DNA of 64,000 nt from an uncultured Bacteriovoracaceae bacterium (GTDB lineage Bacteria; Bdellovibrionota; Bacteriovoracia; Bacteriovoracales; Bacteriovoracaceae): NCBI GenBank assembly GCA_964012805.1, contig CAXGUD010000003.1, positions 101,740-165,739 of the forward strand, written 5' to 3'. Made by a program: the position numbers and the translations under genes. The stretch's first letter is position 1; the number at the start of each line of letters is the position of its first letter. Shown in pieces: positions 30,355-40,562 of the stretch. Under the pieces are notes generated by a model. That model was not told the origin of the DNA, searched no databases, and worked only from the letters and a program-made list of their open reading frames with translations.

Positions 30355-31260
30355 TTATAAACCTTCAACAGTCCTTTTGACAAAATCAGAATAGAGGGAG
30401 TGTAATTTGACGGTTAATGGGCCGACTGTACCAGTTCCAATGGGAGAATTGTCAATCTGCGTCACAGGGACAATCTCTTTCATAGTACTTGTTAGGAAGC
30501 ACTCATCAGCATTTATAAGCTCTTCAGCTGTGAAATTGACCTGCTCTATTTTAAGTGAATCATCGCTTTTGGCTAGCTGCAAGAGAGTTTTTCGCGTAAT
30601 TCCTTCTAGAATACCGGCTTGGAGGGGTGGAGTTTTAATTGTATTGTCTTTAACAATCCAAACATTACTTGTTGTTCCTTGCGTTACATGCCCCTTGTGA
30701 TTAAGCATTATTGAGTCAAAAGCTTTTTCCCGTTTTGCCTGCATAAAGGCCATAACGTTGTTAAGATAATTACCAGACTTTACATTGGGATCAACCGATT
30801 CTTTAGAAACACGGACAACATTCGTGATTACGACATGCACACCGTTTTCATACCATGAGCTTGGAAAGGGAAGGTGTTCTTGTGCGATTATGATGAGGTT
30901 ATTTTTAACTCCCTCGCCTGGGTCTAAGGAAATAGGGCCTTCTCCTCTTGTTAAAATAATTCTAAAATAAGCCTCTTCTACTCCAAGCTCGGCCAAAGCT
31001 TTATTCACCTCTGCACTTACATCGTTTTGTGAGACAGTGAGGAGCATTTCAAGCCTGGAAGCAGATTTCCATAGACGGTCTAAGTGTTCTTGAAGGAGAA
31101 AGGGAATGCCCTGATATGTTTTTGCTACCTCATAGACGGAGTCACCAAAAAGGAAGCCTCTGTCAAAAACTGAAATTTTAGCATCTTCAGGCTTACAAAT
31201 TTCTCCATTTATGTTGATTATTGTCTTCTTTGAATTTTCAGGGATTGGAGGTGTTTGCAT
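30355..31260 (-). CDS. Class IV PLP aminotransferase (IlvE/Dat/PabC family)
   Basis: DRGFLFGDSVYE, HLDRL, PLP lysine in KSGNYLNN, LEGITR, ADECFLTST. Confidence 0.9.
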   Translation of the reverse strand: MQTPPIPENSKKTIININGEICKPEDAKISVFDRGFLFGDSVYEVAKTYQGIPFLLQEHLDRLWKSASRLEMLLTVSQNDVSAEVNKALAELGVEEAYFRIILTRGEGPISLDPGEGVKNNLIIIAQEHLPFPSSWYENGVHVVITNVVRVSKESVDPNVKSGNYLNNVMAFMQAKREKAFDSIMLNHKGHVTQGTTSNVWIVKDNTIKTPPLQAGILEGITRKTLLQLAKSDDSLKIEQVNFTAEELINADECFLTSTMKEIVPVTQIDNSPIGTGTVGPLTVKLHSLYSDFVKRTVEGL

Positions 31261-31555
31261 GAGCAGTCCTTATTCATTCCTGGTTTGTTTTACATATATC
31301 CTATTATGACCTCTTTTGGACAAATTTTCTATGGATTTGGGTGGTTGGTAAAAATTTGTTTTTTTGTTCAAGTATTCTGCTTGAGCTTTATTTCTTGTAT
31401 CCAAAAGTTTAAAATTTCTATCAAGAAAAGAGTGTGTTCTTTTCTTGAAAAAATTTTTGAAAATATTAAGTTATTTCAAAAAATAAATGCTTGGGAAGAG
31501 GGCCTCCTTTTAAAACTATGGGCAACAAAAAAATAATAAAAGACCCGTAAGGATA

Positions 31556-32929
31556 ATGATGAAATACCTAATTTTTTTAAATTTTCTAGCGTTATTTTTT
31601 TTCGGTTTATTGCCCAAAATTGGTTATACCCAGTCAGTAACTCTTGCAAATATTACGACCCCTGTGATTGGAGGGGGACCGACTTGCTCGGATGCGGCTA
31701 CGTCGAATTGTAAAGACCTTGTGACCGATGTTAATGATGGAAGTTCAGATAGTCCTCATATCGTCTATATTCCAATATATAACGAGAACTCAGATGCGGG
31801 TCCTGGAGGTAATCACTTTTATTCTTTACTTTGGGGGGGATCTGGTGATGCAACCAGTGATATGCCTTCTTATGATGATTCAAGTTCTGCCAACTCAGGC
31901 AATATTGTTACTCAGTTGACTATTAATTCAGGTAGCTCTCAAAGCTCTCAAATTTTGTACGCTGGAATTTTAAATGAGGATGGCAATAAGTTTGTCGTCT
32001 ATGACAATAATTCAGCCGGGGACAATGATGGCTTTATTTCTTATGCCTCTTCTGAGTCTGTCAATGTAAACGTAACTTTGAACATAAATAAGCTTTGTTC
32101 AGACACCTTTGGAGATACTTGTACTGCTAAGTTGAGGGCATCTGTTACTCCCACCAATGATGCTGAAGTAACTATTTTGTACTTTTTTTCTGAAAATAAT
32201 TATAAGTCAACAAGTACAGAGCAGGACTTATCCTCACAAAATGGTGTTTTGGTAAAATACAGGTTTAGCAATAAAGTCTATCACGAAGATGACAGGGTTA
32301 CGTCATTCTCCTTAAAAAAGGGCGACCTGAGGATTACTGCAGATTACGCTTTGGATCTCATTACTGAACCATATAAATTGATAGCGCTTAGGCAGACGGG
32401 ATCATTTAGTGGGGGAACTTACTCCACGGCCTCAAGTGACGTGCTATCGACAGATTTTTCACCTGGAGAAGGGGGAGAATTGGACATTTTCCCTTTAGTT
32501 AACGGCACTGATTATCATATAACTTTGGGCTATGTGGATAAGTGGCAATTTGTATCAAAATTACCAGGATCCAAGAAAGAAAAGCCAGAAAGTATCATCA
32601 ACTTTCTGGAAAAAGAATCTTGTTACTTTATTTCAGCAGGCTTTAAGGAGAAGCATTACATTCTTGAGTACTTTAGGCAGTTTAGAGATCACTTTCTTTT
32701 GAAGTTTTCCTTAGGACAAGCTTTTGTAAATTTTTACTACGAAACGGCACCGTATTACGCACTTAAATATATTTACCCGAGTGAAACCTTGAGTTTTCTA
32801 GTCAAGTCATTTGCTTACATTATATATTTTTTCATGACTCGGATATGGTACTTTGTTGCAGCTTTTTTCCTTATCACGATTTACTCCGTGGCCAAAAAAA
32901 GAAGCTGGAAAAAAATGACTTCTTGGTAA
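31556..32929 (+). CDS. Surface protein with CFI-box-CTERM-like C-terminal domain
   Basis: Signal peptide; Ser/Asp/Asn-rich body; SCYFISAGF...FRQFRDHFL...GQAFVNFYYETAP followed by a TM helix and basic tail. Confidence 0.75.
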   Translation: MMKYLIFLNFLALFFFGLLPKIGYTQSVTLANITTPVIGGGPTCSDAATSNCKDLVTDVNDGSSDSPHIVYIPIYNENSDAGPGGNHFYSLLWGGSGDATSDMPSYDDSSSANSGNIVTQLTINSGSSQSSQILYAGILNEDGNKFVVYDNNSAGDNDGFISYASSESVNVNVTLNINKLCSDTFGDTCTAKLRASVTPTNDAEVTILYFFSENNYKSTSTEQDLSSQNGVLVKYRFSNKVYHEDDRVTSFSLKKGDLRITADYALDLITEPYKLIALRQTGSFSGGTYSTASSDVLSTDFSPGEGGELDIFPLVNGTDYHITLGYVDKWQFVSKLPGSKKEKPESIINFLEKESCYFISAGFKEKHYILEYFRQFRDHFLLKFSLGQAFVNFYYETAPYYALKYIYPSETLSFLVKSFAYIIYFFMTRIWYFVAAFFLITIYSVAKKRSWKKMTSW

Positions 32930-32992
32930 TTTGTTAATCTCTTCCTAAAATGGAATGAGCGTTTGTGCATTTTTTTTCGGAGGAATAATCCT

Positions 32993-33376
32993 ATGCCAAA
33001 AAAAGAGGATATTACGGTTCTTCTTGCTGACGATGAACCAGATATATTGGAGCTTGTTGAAGAAGAGTTTAGCTTCGAAGGCTACAAAACTCTAACGGCA
33101 ACATGTGGAAATGATGGAGCTGAGTTAGTAAAAGAGAATCAAATTGATGTTGTCATTTCGGACTATAAAATGCCAAATGGCGATGGTATGACGATTCTTC
33201 AGGAAGTGAATAAAATAGAAGAAGGTAAAAGACCTCTATTTTTCTTTGTTTCTGGGCAATCTGATGTGAGCCCTGAACAATGTCTTGCTTCTGGTGCCAA
33301 GAAGTTTTACACAAAGCCCTTTGACATCGAGGAATTGGTGGGAGAAATAGCTAGGCACCTCGGTGTAGAGGAGTAA
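32993..33376 (+). CDS. Single-domain response regulator
   Basis: VLLADDE, ISDYKMPNGDG, KPFD; ATG 32993 follows GGAGG. Confidence 0.9.
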   Translation: MPKKEDITVLLADDEPDILELVEEEFSFEGYKTLTATCGNDGAELVKENQIDVVISDYKMPNGDGMTILQEVNKIEEGKRPLFFFVSGQSDVSPEQCLASGAKKFYTKPFDIEELVGEIARHLGVEE

Positions 33377-33411
33377 ATTTTTTAAAAAAGAATTTCTCTG
33401 AGTAGCTATTT

Positions 33412-34137
33412 TTGAAAAACTTTTCTTTAAGCATCATAATTCCTATTGGTCCAGGCGATCAGTCATGGCATCCTCTTTTGGAGGATCTAAAGACTATTTT
33501 TCGCAATAAGTTGATCCCATTTCAAGCGGATATTATTCTTTGTTATTGTAAGGAAGATGAAGAGGTATTTCTTAAAGAATTAAATTCTTTTAAAAGGGAA
33601 GAAACTCTTACGATCAAGCTAGTTGCTTCTCATAGAGGGCGTTCAATTCAGCAGAATAAAGGTGCAGAGAATGCAGAAGGGGACTTTCTGTGGTTTCTCC
33701 ATGCCGACTCTAAAATAGAGGCATCAACTCTTATAAAGCTTTATCAAAGCATTATAGATGAACCCAATGCACTTCATTATTTTAACTTGGCTTTTTTAGC
33801 AGATGGACCTTTTTTAATCTTTCTGAATGAGTGGGGCGCCAGGCTGCGCTCAGAAGTTTTTAAAATGCCTTTTGGAGATCAGGGGTTCTGTATTAAAAGA
33901 GAAACTTTTTGGCTTCTGGGAGGGTTTTTGGTTGGAGGAGAAAAAAAAGGTGGAGAGGATCACCTCTTTGTTTGGGAAATAAGAAAAAAGGGATTCAGGT
34001 TAAGGAATACTGGTGGTCAGTTGGTGACCAGCGCAAGAAAATATAGTAAAAATGGTTGGTTAAAGACTACAGCTTACCATATCTATCTTACCTATAAGGT
34101 AGCTTTTCGAAAGTACTTTGGCTTTTCAGAGCTTTAA
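33412..34137 (+). CDS. GT2 glycosyltransferase, TIGR04283-like
   Basis: SIIIP, GRSIQQNKGA, FLHADS, PFGDQG, ED, TSARKY. Confidence 0.75.
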   Translation: MKNFSLSIIIPIGPGDQSWHPLLEDLKTIFRNKLIPFQADIILCYCKEDEEVFLKELNSFKREETLTIKLVASHRGRSIQQNKGAENAEGDFLWFLHADSKIEASTLIKLYQSIIDEPNALHYFNLAFLADGPFLIFLNEWGARLRSEVFKMPFGDQGFCIKRETFWLLGGFLVGGEKKGGEDHLFVWEIRKKGFRLRNTGGQLVTSARKYSKNGWLKTTAYHIYLTYKVAFRKYFGFSEL

Positions 34138-34254
34138 AATCAGATGTTAATTACTGGCATTTTTTGTTAGGATCCAGTTTCCTTTAACGGTGTAGAGCGT
34201 GCTTAAAAAGCTTTTTTTAGAAAGCATAGTTTTTATTTTTAATTGGAGGGGATA

Positions 34255-34983
34255 ATGGCCGGTCATAGTAAATTTGCTAATATTAAGCATAGAAAAGGGG
34301 CCCAGGACCTGAAAAGAGGAAAGATTTTTACGAAGCTTCAAAAAGAAATTACTGTTGCGGTTAAAACTGGTGGAGGAGGTGATCCTACGATGAATCCTCG
34401 TTTGAGGCTTGCTCTTGCCAACGCAAGAGGCGCAAACATGCCAAAGGACAATATCGACCGTGCTATAAAAAAAGCAGAGGGTGGCTCAGGTGAGAATATA
34501 GTTGAGGTGACTTTTGAGGGTTATGGGCCAGATGGAACGGCTATCTATGTTGAGTGTGCAACCGACAATAATACAAGAACTGTCTCTAATATAAGGTCTT
34601 ATTTTAATAAGTATGGTGGCAGCCTTGGCAAAGATGGATGCCTGGAGTTTATTTTTAGTAGGAAAGGAATCTTCCTTCTTCAAAGCGAAGGTTTGGAAGA
34701 AGAAGAATTTACTATGGAGATGATTGATTTTGGAGCAGAAGATGTCGAATTTGAAGGTGATACTGTTTTTATAATTTGTGAAATGGAAGACTTTGGGAAT
34801 ATTTCGAAAAGACTTCAAGAGATGGAATTAGAACCTAAGGAAGCCGGTCTCAAAAGAATACCCATTACAACAAAGGAAATTAATCAAAAGGATTACCCAA
34901 AATTTGAAAAACTTATCGATGTTATTGAAGATGATGATGATGTTCAGAAAGTTTATCATAATGTAGTAATGAAGGAAGATTAA
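34255..34983 (+). CDS. yebC: YebC/PmpR family protein
   Basis: MAGHSKFANIKHRKG, NPRLR, EGYGPDG, TDNNTRT, DDDDVQKVYHN. Confidence 0.95.
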   Translation: MAGHSKFANIKHRKGAQDLKRGKIFTKLQKEITVAVKTGGGGDPTMNPRLRLALANARGANMPKDNIDRAIKKAEGGSGENIVEVTFEGYGPDGTAIYVECATDNNTRTVSNIRSYFNKYGGSLGKDGCLEFIFSRKGIFLLQSEGLEEEEFTMEMIDFGAEDVEFEGDTVFIICEMEDFGNISKRLQEMELEPKEAGLKRIPITTKEINQKDYPKFEKLIDVIEDDDDVQKVYHNVVMKED

Positions 34984-34998
34984 GATTCCTTCATTACT
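34965..34998. terminator. 13-bp perfect hairpin across the yebC stop, probable terminator
   Basis: AGTAATGAAGGAA-gattaaga-TTCCTTCATTACT between the convergent yebC and grxD. Confidence 0.7.
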
Positions 34999-35016
34999 GT
35001 TTATTATTGGAAGAGT

Positions 35017-35415
35017 CTACTCTGGCATAAGCTCTTTAAGCATCTTAAGAAGTTCACCAGTTTCATAAAGCTCCATAATAATATCATTGCCGCCAACAAA
35101 TTGCCCTTTTATGTAAAGTTGAGGAATTGTAGGCCAGTTTGAGTATTCTTTAATTCCCTGTCTCATGTCCATGTCTGAAAGAACATTAAAGGTCTTATAG
35201 GGAACCCCAAAAGAGTTAAGAACTGCACAAGTATTAGCCGAGAAACCACATTGAGGAGCTTCAGGAGAACCTTTCATGAATAAAAATAAATCTGAAGAAT
35301 CAATGAGACTTTTGATTCTTTCGCTGATTTCAGCAGATTGGTTTTCTTCTTTCTGTTCTTGTCCTGATGTTGGAGGATGGCTTTGATCTCCTAATATATT
35401 AAATGGATTACTCAT
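35017..35415 (-). CDS. grxD: Monothiol glutaredoxin Grx4
   Basis: FMKGSPEAPQCGFS, WPTIPQLY, GGNDI. Confidence 0.93.
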   Translation of the reverse strand: MSNPFNILGDQSHPPTSGQEQKEENQSAEISERIKSLIDSSDLFLFMKGSPEAPQCGFSANTCAVLNSFGVPYKTFNVLSDMDMRQGIKEYSNWPTIPQLYIKGQFVGGNDIIMELYETGELLKMLKELMPE

Positions 35416-35475
35416 TGATGACTCCTTTTTTTAACTTAAAGATTGATACTTTTTATATTTTTTATTCTCTATGAT

Positions 35476-35703
35476 CTAGTTTTTAACTATTGTTTTTATT
35501 TTGACAGCATGCAGGTCTTCTTTGAGGTCATCCTTAAGGATGTCCATAACCATTCTATGTTGTTCAATAAGCATTTTTCCTTTAAAATGCTGGCTTGATA
35601 TTACAAGACCTAAGTGATCCCGTGTTCCCGTAAGATCAGTTACTTCTACGTCAGCATCGTCTATTTGGCTTTTTATAAGTTCCTTAATTTTTTCAAAATC
35701 CAT
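35476..35703 (-). CDS. BolA/IbaG family protein
   Basis: DH...S..F.GK...QHRMV...LHA pattern; lies directly upstream of grxD. Confidence 0.9.
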   Translation of the reverse strand: MDFEKIKELIKSQIDDADVEVTDLTGTRDHLGLVISSQHFKGKMLIEQHRMVMDILKDDLKEDLHAVKIKTIVKN

Positions 35704-35760
35704 TCAGTGGCCTCTTTTTAATTTGGTTTTTAAATATTTTGTTTAGGTTTTATTATTTTT

Positions 35761-36156
35761 TTAGTCAGCAACTGCAAAAAAACTTGTAATAAAGGTTAGC
35801 GTTCTCATGAGAAGGGTTAAAAGCCCGAGCTTCTTGTGTAACCCCAGTATATCACGGTTACCTTTGAGTACCTTTTTTCCTGTCAATATCATAAGGACGT
35901 AAAGAACAACGGCTGATACTGCCAAGGAAACATGTATATTTAGAATATTCGTGTTGGATGTAACCTTGGACGCTTTTTCAATAGCTCCCCTACTCAATTC
36001 AATTTGAAGAACAAGAATAATGTCCCAAACAATTGCAAGAAGCATTGTTTTCACATGAAGATCTCTATTCTTCTTTTTTAAAATGACCCACGTGCCAAAA
36101 AAAAGTAGGGAGAGGATGATAAACGATTGTGTTTGAAATATTAAAGAACTCTTCAT
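35761..36156 (-). CDS. Small four-TM membrane protein (DUF420-like)
   Basis: Four hydrophobic helices with His in HVKTM, IHVSLA and LHKKLG. Confidence 0.6.
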   Translation of the reverse strand: MKSSLIFQTQSFIILSLLFFGTWVILKKKNRDLHVKTMLLAIVWDIILVLQIELSRGAIEKASKVTSNTNILNIHVSLAVSAVVLYVLMILTGKKVLKGNRDILGLHKKLGLLTLLMRTLTFITSFFAVAD

Positions 36157-36348
36157 AATATCCCCGAAAAAGCCTATATAAGAGGCGCTAGATTAAACTA
36201 TGTTGCTTTGGTTTTCAATATGGTTCTGAGCGAAAATTGAAATGTGGAAGAAATGATCAAGAACTGGGTATGTTTATCATAAGTTCTTGATTTAATTAGT
36301 GAATTATTTTTTTTATATAGAGTTGATTTTTAAAAGAGGACAAAACTT

Positions 36349-39339
36349 ATGGAAAGTTGGGGGAAAAAGCTTGGAAAGTGGGCCCTTATCGATATTGAGA
36401 CTTCAGGCGTCAACTCTGAGGAGGACTCGATTATAGATGTAGGGTATCTTCAATTTGAGGGGACAAAGCTTGTTAAGAAGTTTTCTTCTCTCGTCAGGTT
36501 TCCTCCAGAGGATGGTTTCTATGAATCTCCTCCAAAGTTGTCGCATTTTATTCAGAAACTCACGGGAATTAAGGAAAAAGACTTAAGACGGGCTCCTCTT
36601 TGGCAAGATGTCCGCCTTGAAGTTCAAGACTTGTATGGACATCACTTGGTGGCCCATAACGCATCTTTCGAAAAAAGTTTCTTGGGTCCGGACTTTGAAG
36701 ATATCGATGATGGTTCGAAAAGAGAGGTCTACGAAGATAGCCTTCTCTATTTGTCATTTTTATTTCCTCAGCGTTCTACGTTGAAATTAGAGGAGTTTAT
36801 TTGTGATTGGAAGCTTGCAGACAAGGAGACCCACCGTGGGTTTGAGGATTCTGTAGATCTTCTTAAAGTGCTTCTATTGGGAACTTATGCCTTAAGAAAA
36901 AAAGCGCCACTTTTTACGCATTATCAAATGCTTCTCAACCAATATGAAATGAAGGATTGGTGGTATAGCACCTTTTTCCAACTTGAATTAGATGAACTAT
37001 TGACCTTGAGTGGAGCGATAGACTTTGATCTCCAGGGAGCTTTTGACAATCTAACGGATGAGGACTTTTTTTCTGACAGTTCTGCCATAGAGCTTTCGGG
37101 TTTAGAGGGTCAATCTTCTAGAGAAAAGCTGTTTCCGTTGGAGTTTTCGGGACAAAATATAGAAGGCCTTCTTAAAGGTGAGGAAAATATTAGAAAAAAA
37201 GTTCCCAATTATAAATTTAGGGACTCCCAATTGCGCTTGGCCCTCAAAACTGGGCAAGCTTTTAAAAATGATGTTCATGCTATTGTTCAGGCACCTACAG
37301 GAACGGGAAAGACGCTAGGCTATCTTTTGCCTTCAACTCTTTATTCTCATTCAGAAGGTGAACAAATTCTTGTCGCTACGGGAACAAAAACGTTGCAGCA
37401 CCAAGCGATGACTAAAGATGTTCCCCAATTAAGGCACCTTTTGGGCCTAGATGACCATGAATTTAAAGTTCGTTATTTAGTCGGTTCCCAAAATCATTTA
37501 TGTGAACTCCTCTTTAGGCAAGATGGACAAGAGGGTCATTCACTTGATTTTGGTAGTGAGGATTTTTCAGAGAAGTTCACAAAACTTTTTTTTGAGGTAG
37601 TTTTTCTTTACAACTCACTTGGTGAAGAAGTTTTAGGAAGGAAAAATCCTATTTTACGGGGCGGGTTGCCTTACGTTTTGAAGAGGAAAATAGAGACTTT
37701 TGCTAAAAAAGAAAAAGAAGTTGCTGTCGACTTTCGTTCTTGCACTGGAAGTCGTTGCCCCTTTAAGGGGAACTGTACTTATATCCAAGGCCTAAGAGAG
37801 GCGAAGGAAGCCAATGTAATTATTGGAAATCATGCTTTAATGTTTTCCTGGCCAAGGGGTCTCCCAAGGCCTTCTCGAATTGTGGTTGATGAGGCCCACA
37901 AAATTGAAGATGAGGCAACGAAAGCCTTTTCTGTTGAGGTCGGTCAAGAGCAGTTAGAAGGTTTTCAAAATCAAATTCATCATATGCAGGGGATGGGGTC
38001 ATTATTTTATTTGTTGGCCCAGACAGAGTCGTCGACTGGGGAGAGTAGCCCTGTTATAAAAAAGCTAAAAACGAAAGCTGAGGATTTAGGTGAGGTTTTA
38101 GGAGACCACCTTCCTCTCCTATCCGAAAAGGTTGAGCGTTACTTTAAAAAAATGCCAAGGTACACTGATATTTATTGGAACGAGTTCCCTATGATTAAGA
38201 AAGAGGGGGTATCCGATCCTCTTTCTGTTTCCATCTTAAATCATTTAGAGTCTCTTCACTTTGCTCTTGGCCTTCTTCTTAAAGACTTATCTCATTACCC
38301 CTCTCTTTTTGAAGAAATGAATTTAAAAGAGGATGCGATGGTAACAGCTTTAACAAGGTTTAAGACCTTCTTGGGAATACTTGAAGACCTATTTAGTGGT
38401 CTTGCTGGTGTTCTTGAGTTGAAGGAAGGGATGAGCCACTCTATGAAATACCATCATGATAAAGGCTACCTCTTTCTTTCCGCACCAATTGATATTGGTA
38501 AGTTTCTTCACGAAGGTTTGTTAAAAGACTCCTCTTCTGTTGTTTTCACGTCAGCAACTCTTGCTAATGCAAGCGGTGATAAGGGGGCCCGAGGAATTGA
38601 ATGGGCGACAGGATATTCCTACCTTGAACCTAAAAAAAGGTTTCAAAAAGGTTTTTTCCTGCCTGCTGTTTTTGACTATAAATCAAATACTAAGGTTTTT
38701 CTATGTGATGACACTCTTCCTTTTTTTCACGTTGATTTTGTTAAAGACACGATAGAGCGGTTGTATGGTCTTCTTTCAGATATTGAAGGAGGAGCACTTT
38801 TTCTTTTTTCTTCCAGAAGAAGGTTTGAAGTTGCCAGTGAAATTCTTCTTGAAAAATTTGAAGGCGAGTTGCCTGTTTTTATTCAAGGGATGGGTAATCA
38901 GGTTGTCGATGAATTCAAAAAAGAAGTGAGGAAATACAATAAGGGAATTCTCATTGGAATGGAAAGTTTTGGAGAAGGAATTGATATTCCTGGTAAGGAC
39001 CTTCAATTTATTTTTATTGATAAAATTCCTGATGTAAGAATGGACCATGTCATTAAAGAGAGGAGAGATTTTTACGACAAACATATCGGCAACGAATTCA
39101 CAGACTATTACCTTTCTCATAGAACCCGGTCCTTACACCAAAAACTTGGTCGTTTGCTGCGGACTGAAAGTGATCGAGGAGGAGTTATTATCGTTGATTC
39201 ACGAGTTAAAAAGTGGAAAGGACCAACAATGGATAAAGTGAAAAAGTTGATGGAGCCTTACGAATTAGAAAGAGTTTCGTTAAAAGAAGCCTGTGAAGAT
39301 GTGAAGTCTTTTCTTACTCAGAGTCCGAAAGGTTGTTGA
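36349..39339 (+). CDS. dinG: DEDDh exonuclease-DinG family helicase fusion
   Basis: IDIETSG, AHNASFE, HRGFED; APTGTGKT, four Fe-S-type Cys, DEAH, TSATL, EGIDIPG, GRLLRT. Confidence 0.88.
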   Translation: MESWGKKLGKWALIDIETSGVNSEEDSIIDVGYLQFEGTKLVKKFSSLVRFPPEDGFYESPPKLSHFIQKLTGIKEKDLRRAPLWQDVRLEVQDLYGHHLVAHNASFEKSFLGPDFEDIDDGSKREVYEDSLLYLSFLFPQRSTLKLEEFICDWKLADKETHRGFEDSVDLLKVLLLGTYALRKKAPLFTHYQMLLNQYEMKDWWYSTFFQLELDELLTLSGAIDFDLQGAFDNLTDEDFFSDSSAIELSGLEGQSSREKLFPLEFSGQNIEGLLKGEENIRKKVPNYKFRDSQLRLALKTGQAFKNDVHAIVQAPTGTGKTLGYLLPSTLYSHSEGEQILVATGTKTLQHQAMTKDVPQLRHLLGLDDHEFKVRYLVGSQNHLCELLFRQDGQEGHSLDFGSEDFSEKFTKLFFEVVFLYNSLGEEVLGRKNPILRGGLPYVLKRKIETFAKKEKEVAVDFRSCTGSRCPFKGNCTYIQGLREAKEANVIIGNHALMFSWPRGLPRPSRIVVDEAHKIEDEATKAFSVEVGQEQLEGFQNQIHHMQGMGSLFYLLAQTESSTGESSPVIKKLKTKAEDLGEVLGDHLPLLSEKVERYFKKMPRYTDIYWNEFPMIKKEGVSDPLSVSILNHLESLHFALGLLLKDLSHYPSLFEEMNLKEDAMVTALTRFKTFLGILEDLFSGLAGVLELKEGMSHSMKYHHDKGYLFLSAPIDIGKFLHEGLLKDSSSVVFTSATLANASGDKGARGIEWATGYSYLEPKKRFQKGFFLPAVFDYKSNTKVFLCDDTLPFFHVDFVKDTIERLYGLLSDIEGGALFLFSSRRRFEVASEILLEKFEGELPVFIQGMGNQVVDEFKKEVRKYNKGILIGMESFGEGIDIPGKDLQFIFIDKIPDVRMDHVIKERRDFYDKHIGNEFTDYYLSHRTRSLHQKLGRLLRTESDRGGVIIVDSRVKKWKGPTMDKVKKLMEPYELERVSLKEACEDVKSFLTQSPKGC

Positions 39340-40066
39340 GGTATTTGACTTTGTAGAAAAGACCACTACCTGTATCAACGATATAAGGGATTGCCATGTA
39401 TTTACTTAAATAAATTTTAAGTGTGGGTGGGGCATCGTCCTTTTTTTTCTTTTTCTTATTGAAGTTATAATTAGTTTTTTCTTGCCAAAGTTTATAGTGG
39501 ATGGCCTCCACTGTTGCTCCACCTATTGGTATCATTTCTGTTGTTGAACTAATCTTTTGAAGCATTGCGTTTTTGACAGATGGAGGCTCAACATAGTCCC
39601 AGTGATTTTCGCAAGATATAATATTATAAAAATTTGTTGCTGTTGAATTGAACTTTTTGGATAAGATAAAAAGAATACTGGAAGATATGCATGGAGTCGA
39701 AATATGGAAAGTATGCTTTGTATGCATGTTATGTGTTTGAGACCCCTCTTTAGTTATAAAGTGGTAGGTAAGTAGGTTCTCATTCAAGTCATAATCGTAA
39801 CGCTCTTGGACTCTATCATTACCCATGGCCTTATCGATAATTGCGGAAATAGGGACAAATTTAAAATTAATGATGTATTCTATATTGATAATAAGAAACT
39901 CGCCCGTGACAACACGGCTGTTAATCTCTGAAACAAAGTGAAATACCTCGCGCTTGTTATTTCTGAAGACTTCGAACTCTTCTTCTCCGAAGATTGTGTC
40001 TCCCTGAAAATATTGATAGGCACCGCGGTATATCTTGTCGCCTTTTTTTCTTCCTTTTCTGGCCAT
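39314..40066 (-). CDS. Hypothetical protein
   Basis: 250-aa ORF whose 3' end overlaps the dinG 3' end; includes a short poly-Lys stretch. Confidence 0.7.
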   Translation of the reverse strand: MARKGRKKGDKIYRGAYQYFQGDTIFGEEEFEVFRNNKREVFHFVSEINSRVVTGEFLIINIEYIINFKFVPISAIIDKAMGNDRVQERYDYDLNENLLTYHFITKEGSQTHNMHTKHTFHISTPCISSSILFILSKKFNSTATNFYNIISCENHWDYVEPPSVKNAMLQKISSTTEMIPIGGATVEAIHYKLWQEKTNYNFNKKKKKKDDAPPTLKIYLSKYMAIPYIVDTGSGLFYKVKYLNNLSDSE

Positions 40067-40176
40067 AGGCTTCTTATTTTATGACTCTTTTGGATAAAAT
40101 CCAAGGCTCCTAAGAGTCGGTATGGACATTTTTACTTTTTCGGGTTAGCCCTTATATCAGGGTTAAAGGAGTTTTT

Positions 40177-40533
40177 ATGTTTTCTTATCAAGTTTATAAA
40201 CTTATTCATCTTGCTTCCGTGTTTATGTTTTTATCAACGATGGGTGCCAGCTTTTTTCTCAATGAGAAGGCAAAATTGATAAAAGTACTTGCAGGTATTT
40301 CAAGTTTTCTTATCCTAGTCGGTGGAATGGGACTGTTGGCGAGACTCGGGGTTTCCCATGGTGAGCCATTTCCTTTTTGGGTTGCTTCTAAAATTGGAAT
40401 TTGGCTGGGGTTAGCTATCTTGGCACCTGTTTTGGCCAAGAGGCTTAAAACCATGAGACACTTGGCATTTGTTGGGCTTTGGTTCTTAGCTGCAGTGGCA
40501 GCCTACTTTGCAATTTATAAGCCTGGCTTCTAA
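40177..40533 (+). CDS. Small four-TM membrane protein (SirB2-like)
   Basis: AAGGAG RBS; YKLIHL, LILVGGMGLL, WVASKI. Confidence 0.6.
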   Translation: MFSYQVYKLIHLASVFMFLSTMGASFFLNEKAKLIKVLAGISSFLILVGGMGLLARLGVSHGEPFPFWVASKIGIWLGLAILAPVLAKRLKTMRHLAFVGLWFLAAVAAYFAIYKPGF

Positions 40534-40562
40534 AAATGTGATGGGAAGGAAATGTTTTGAAA

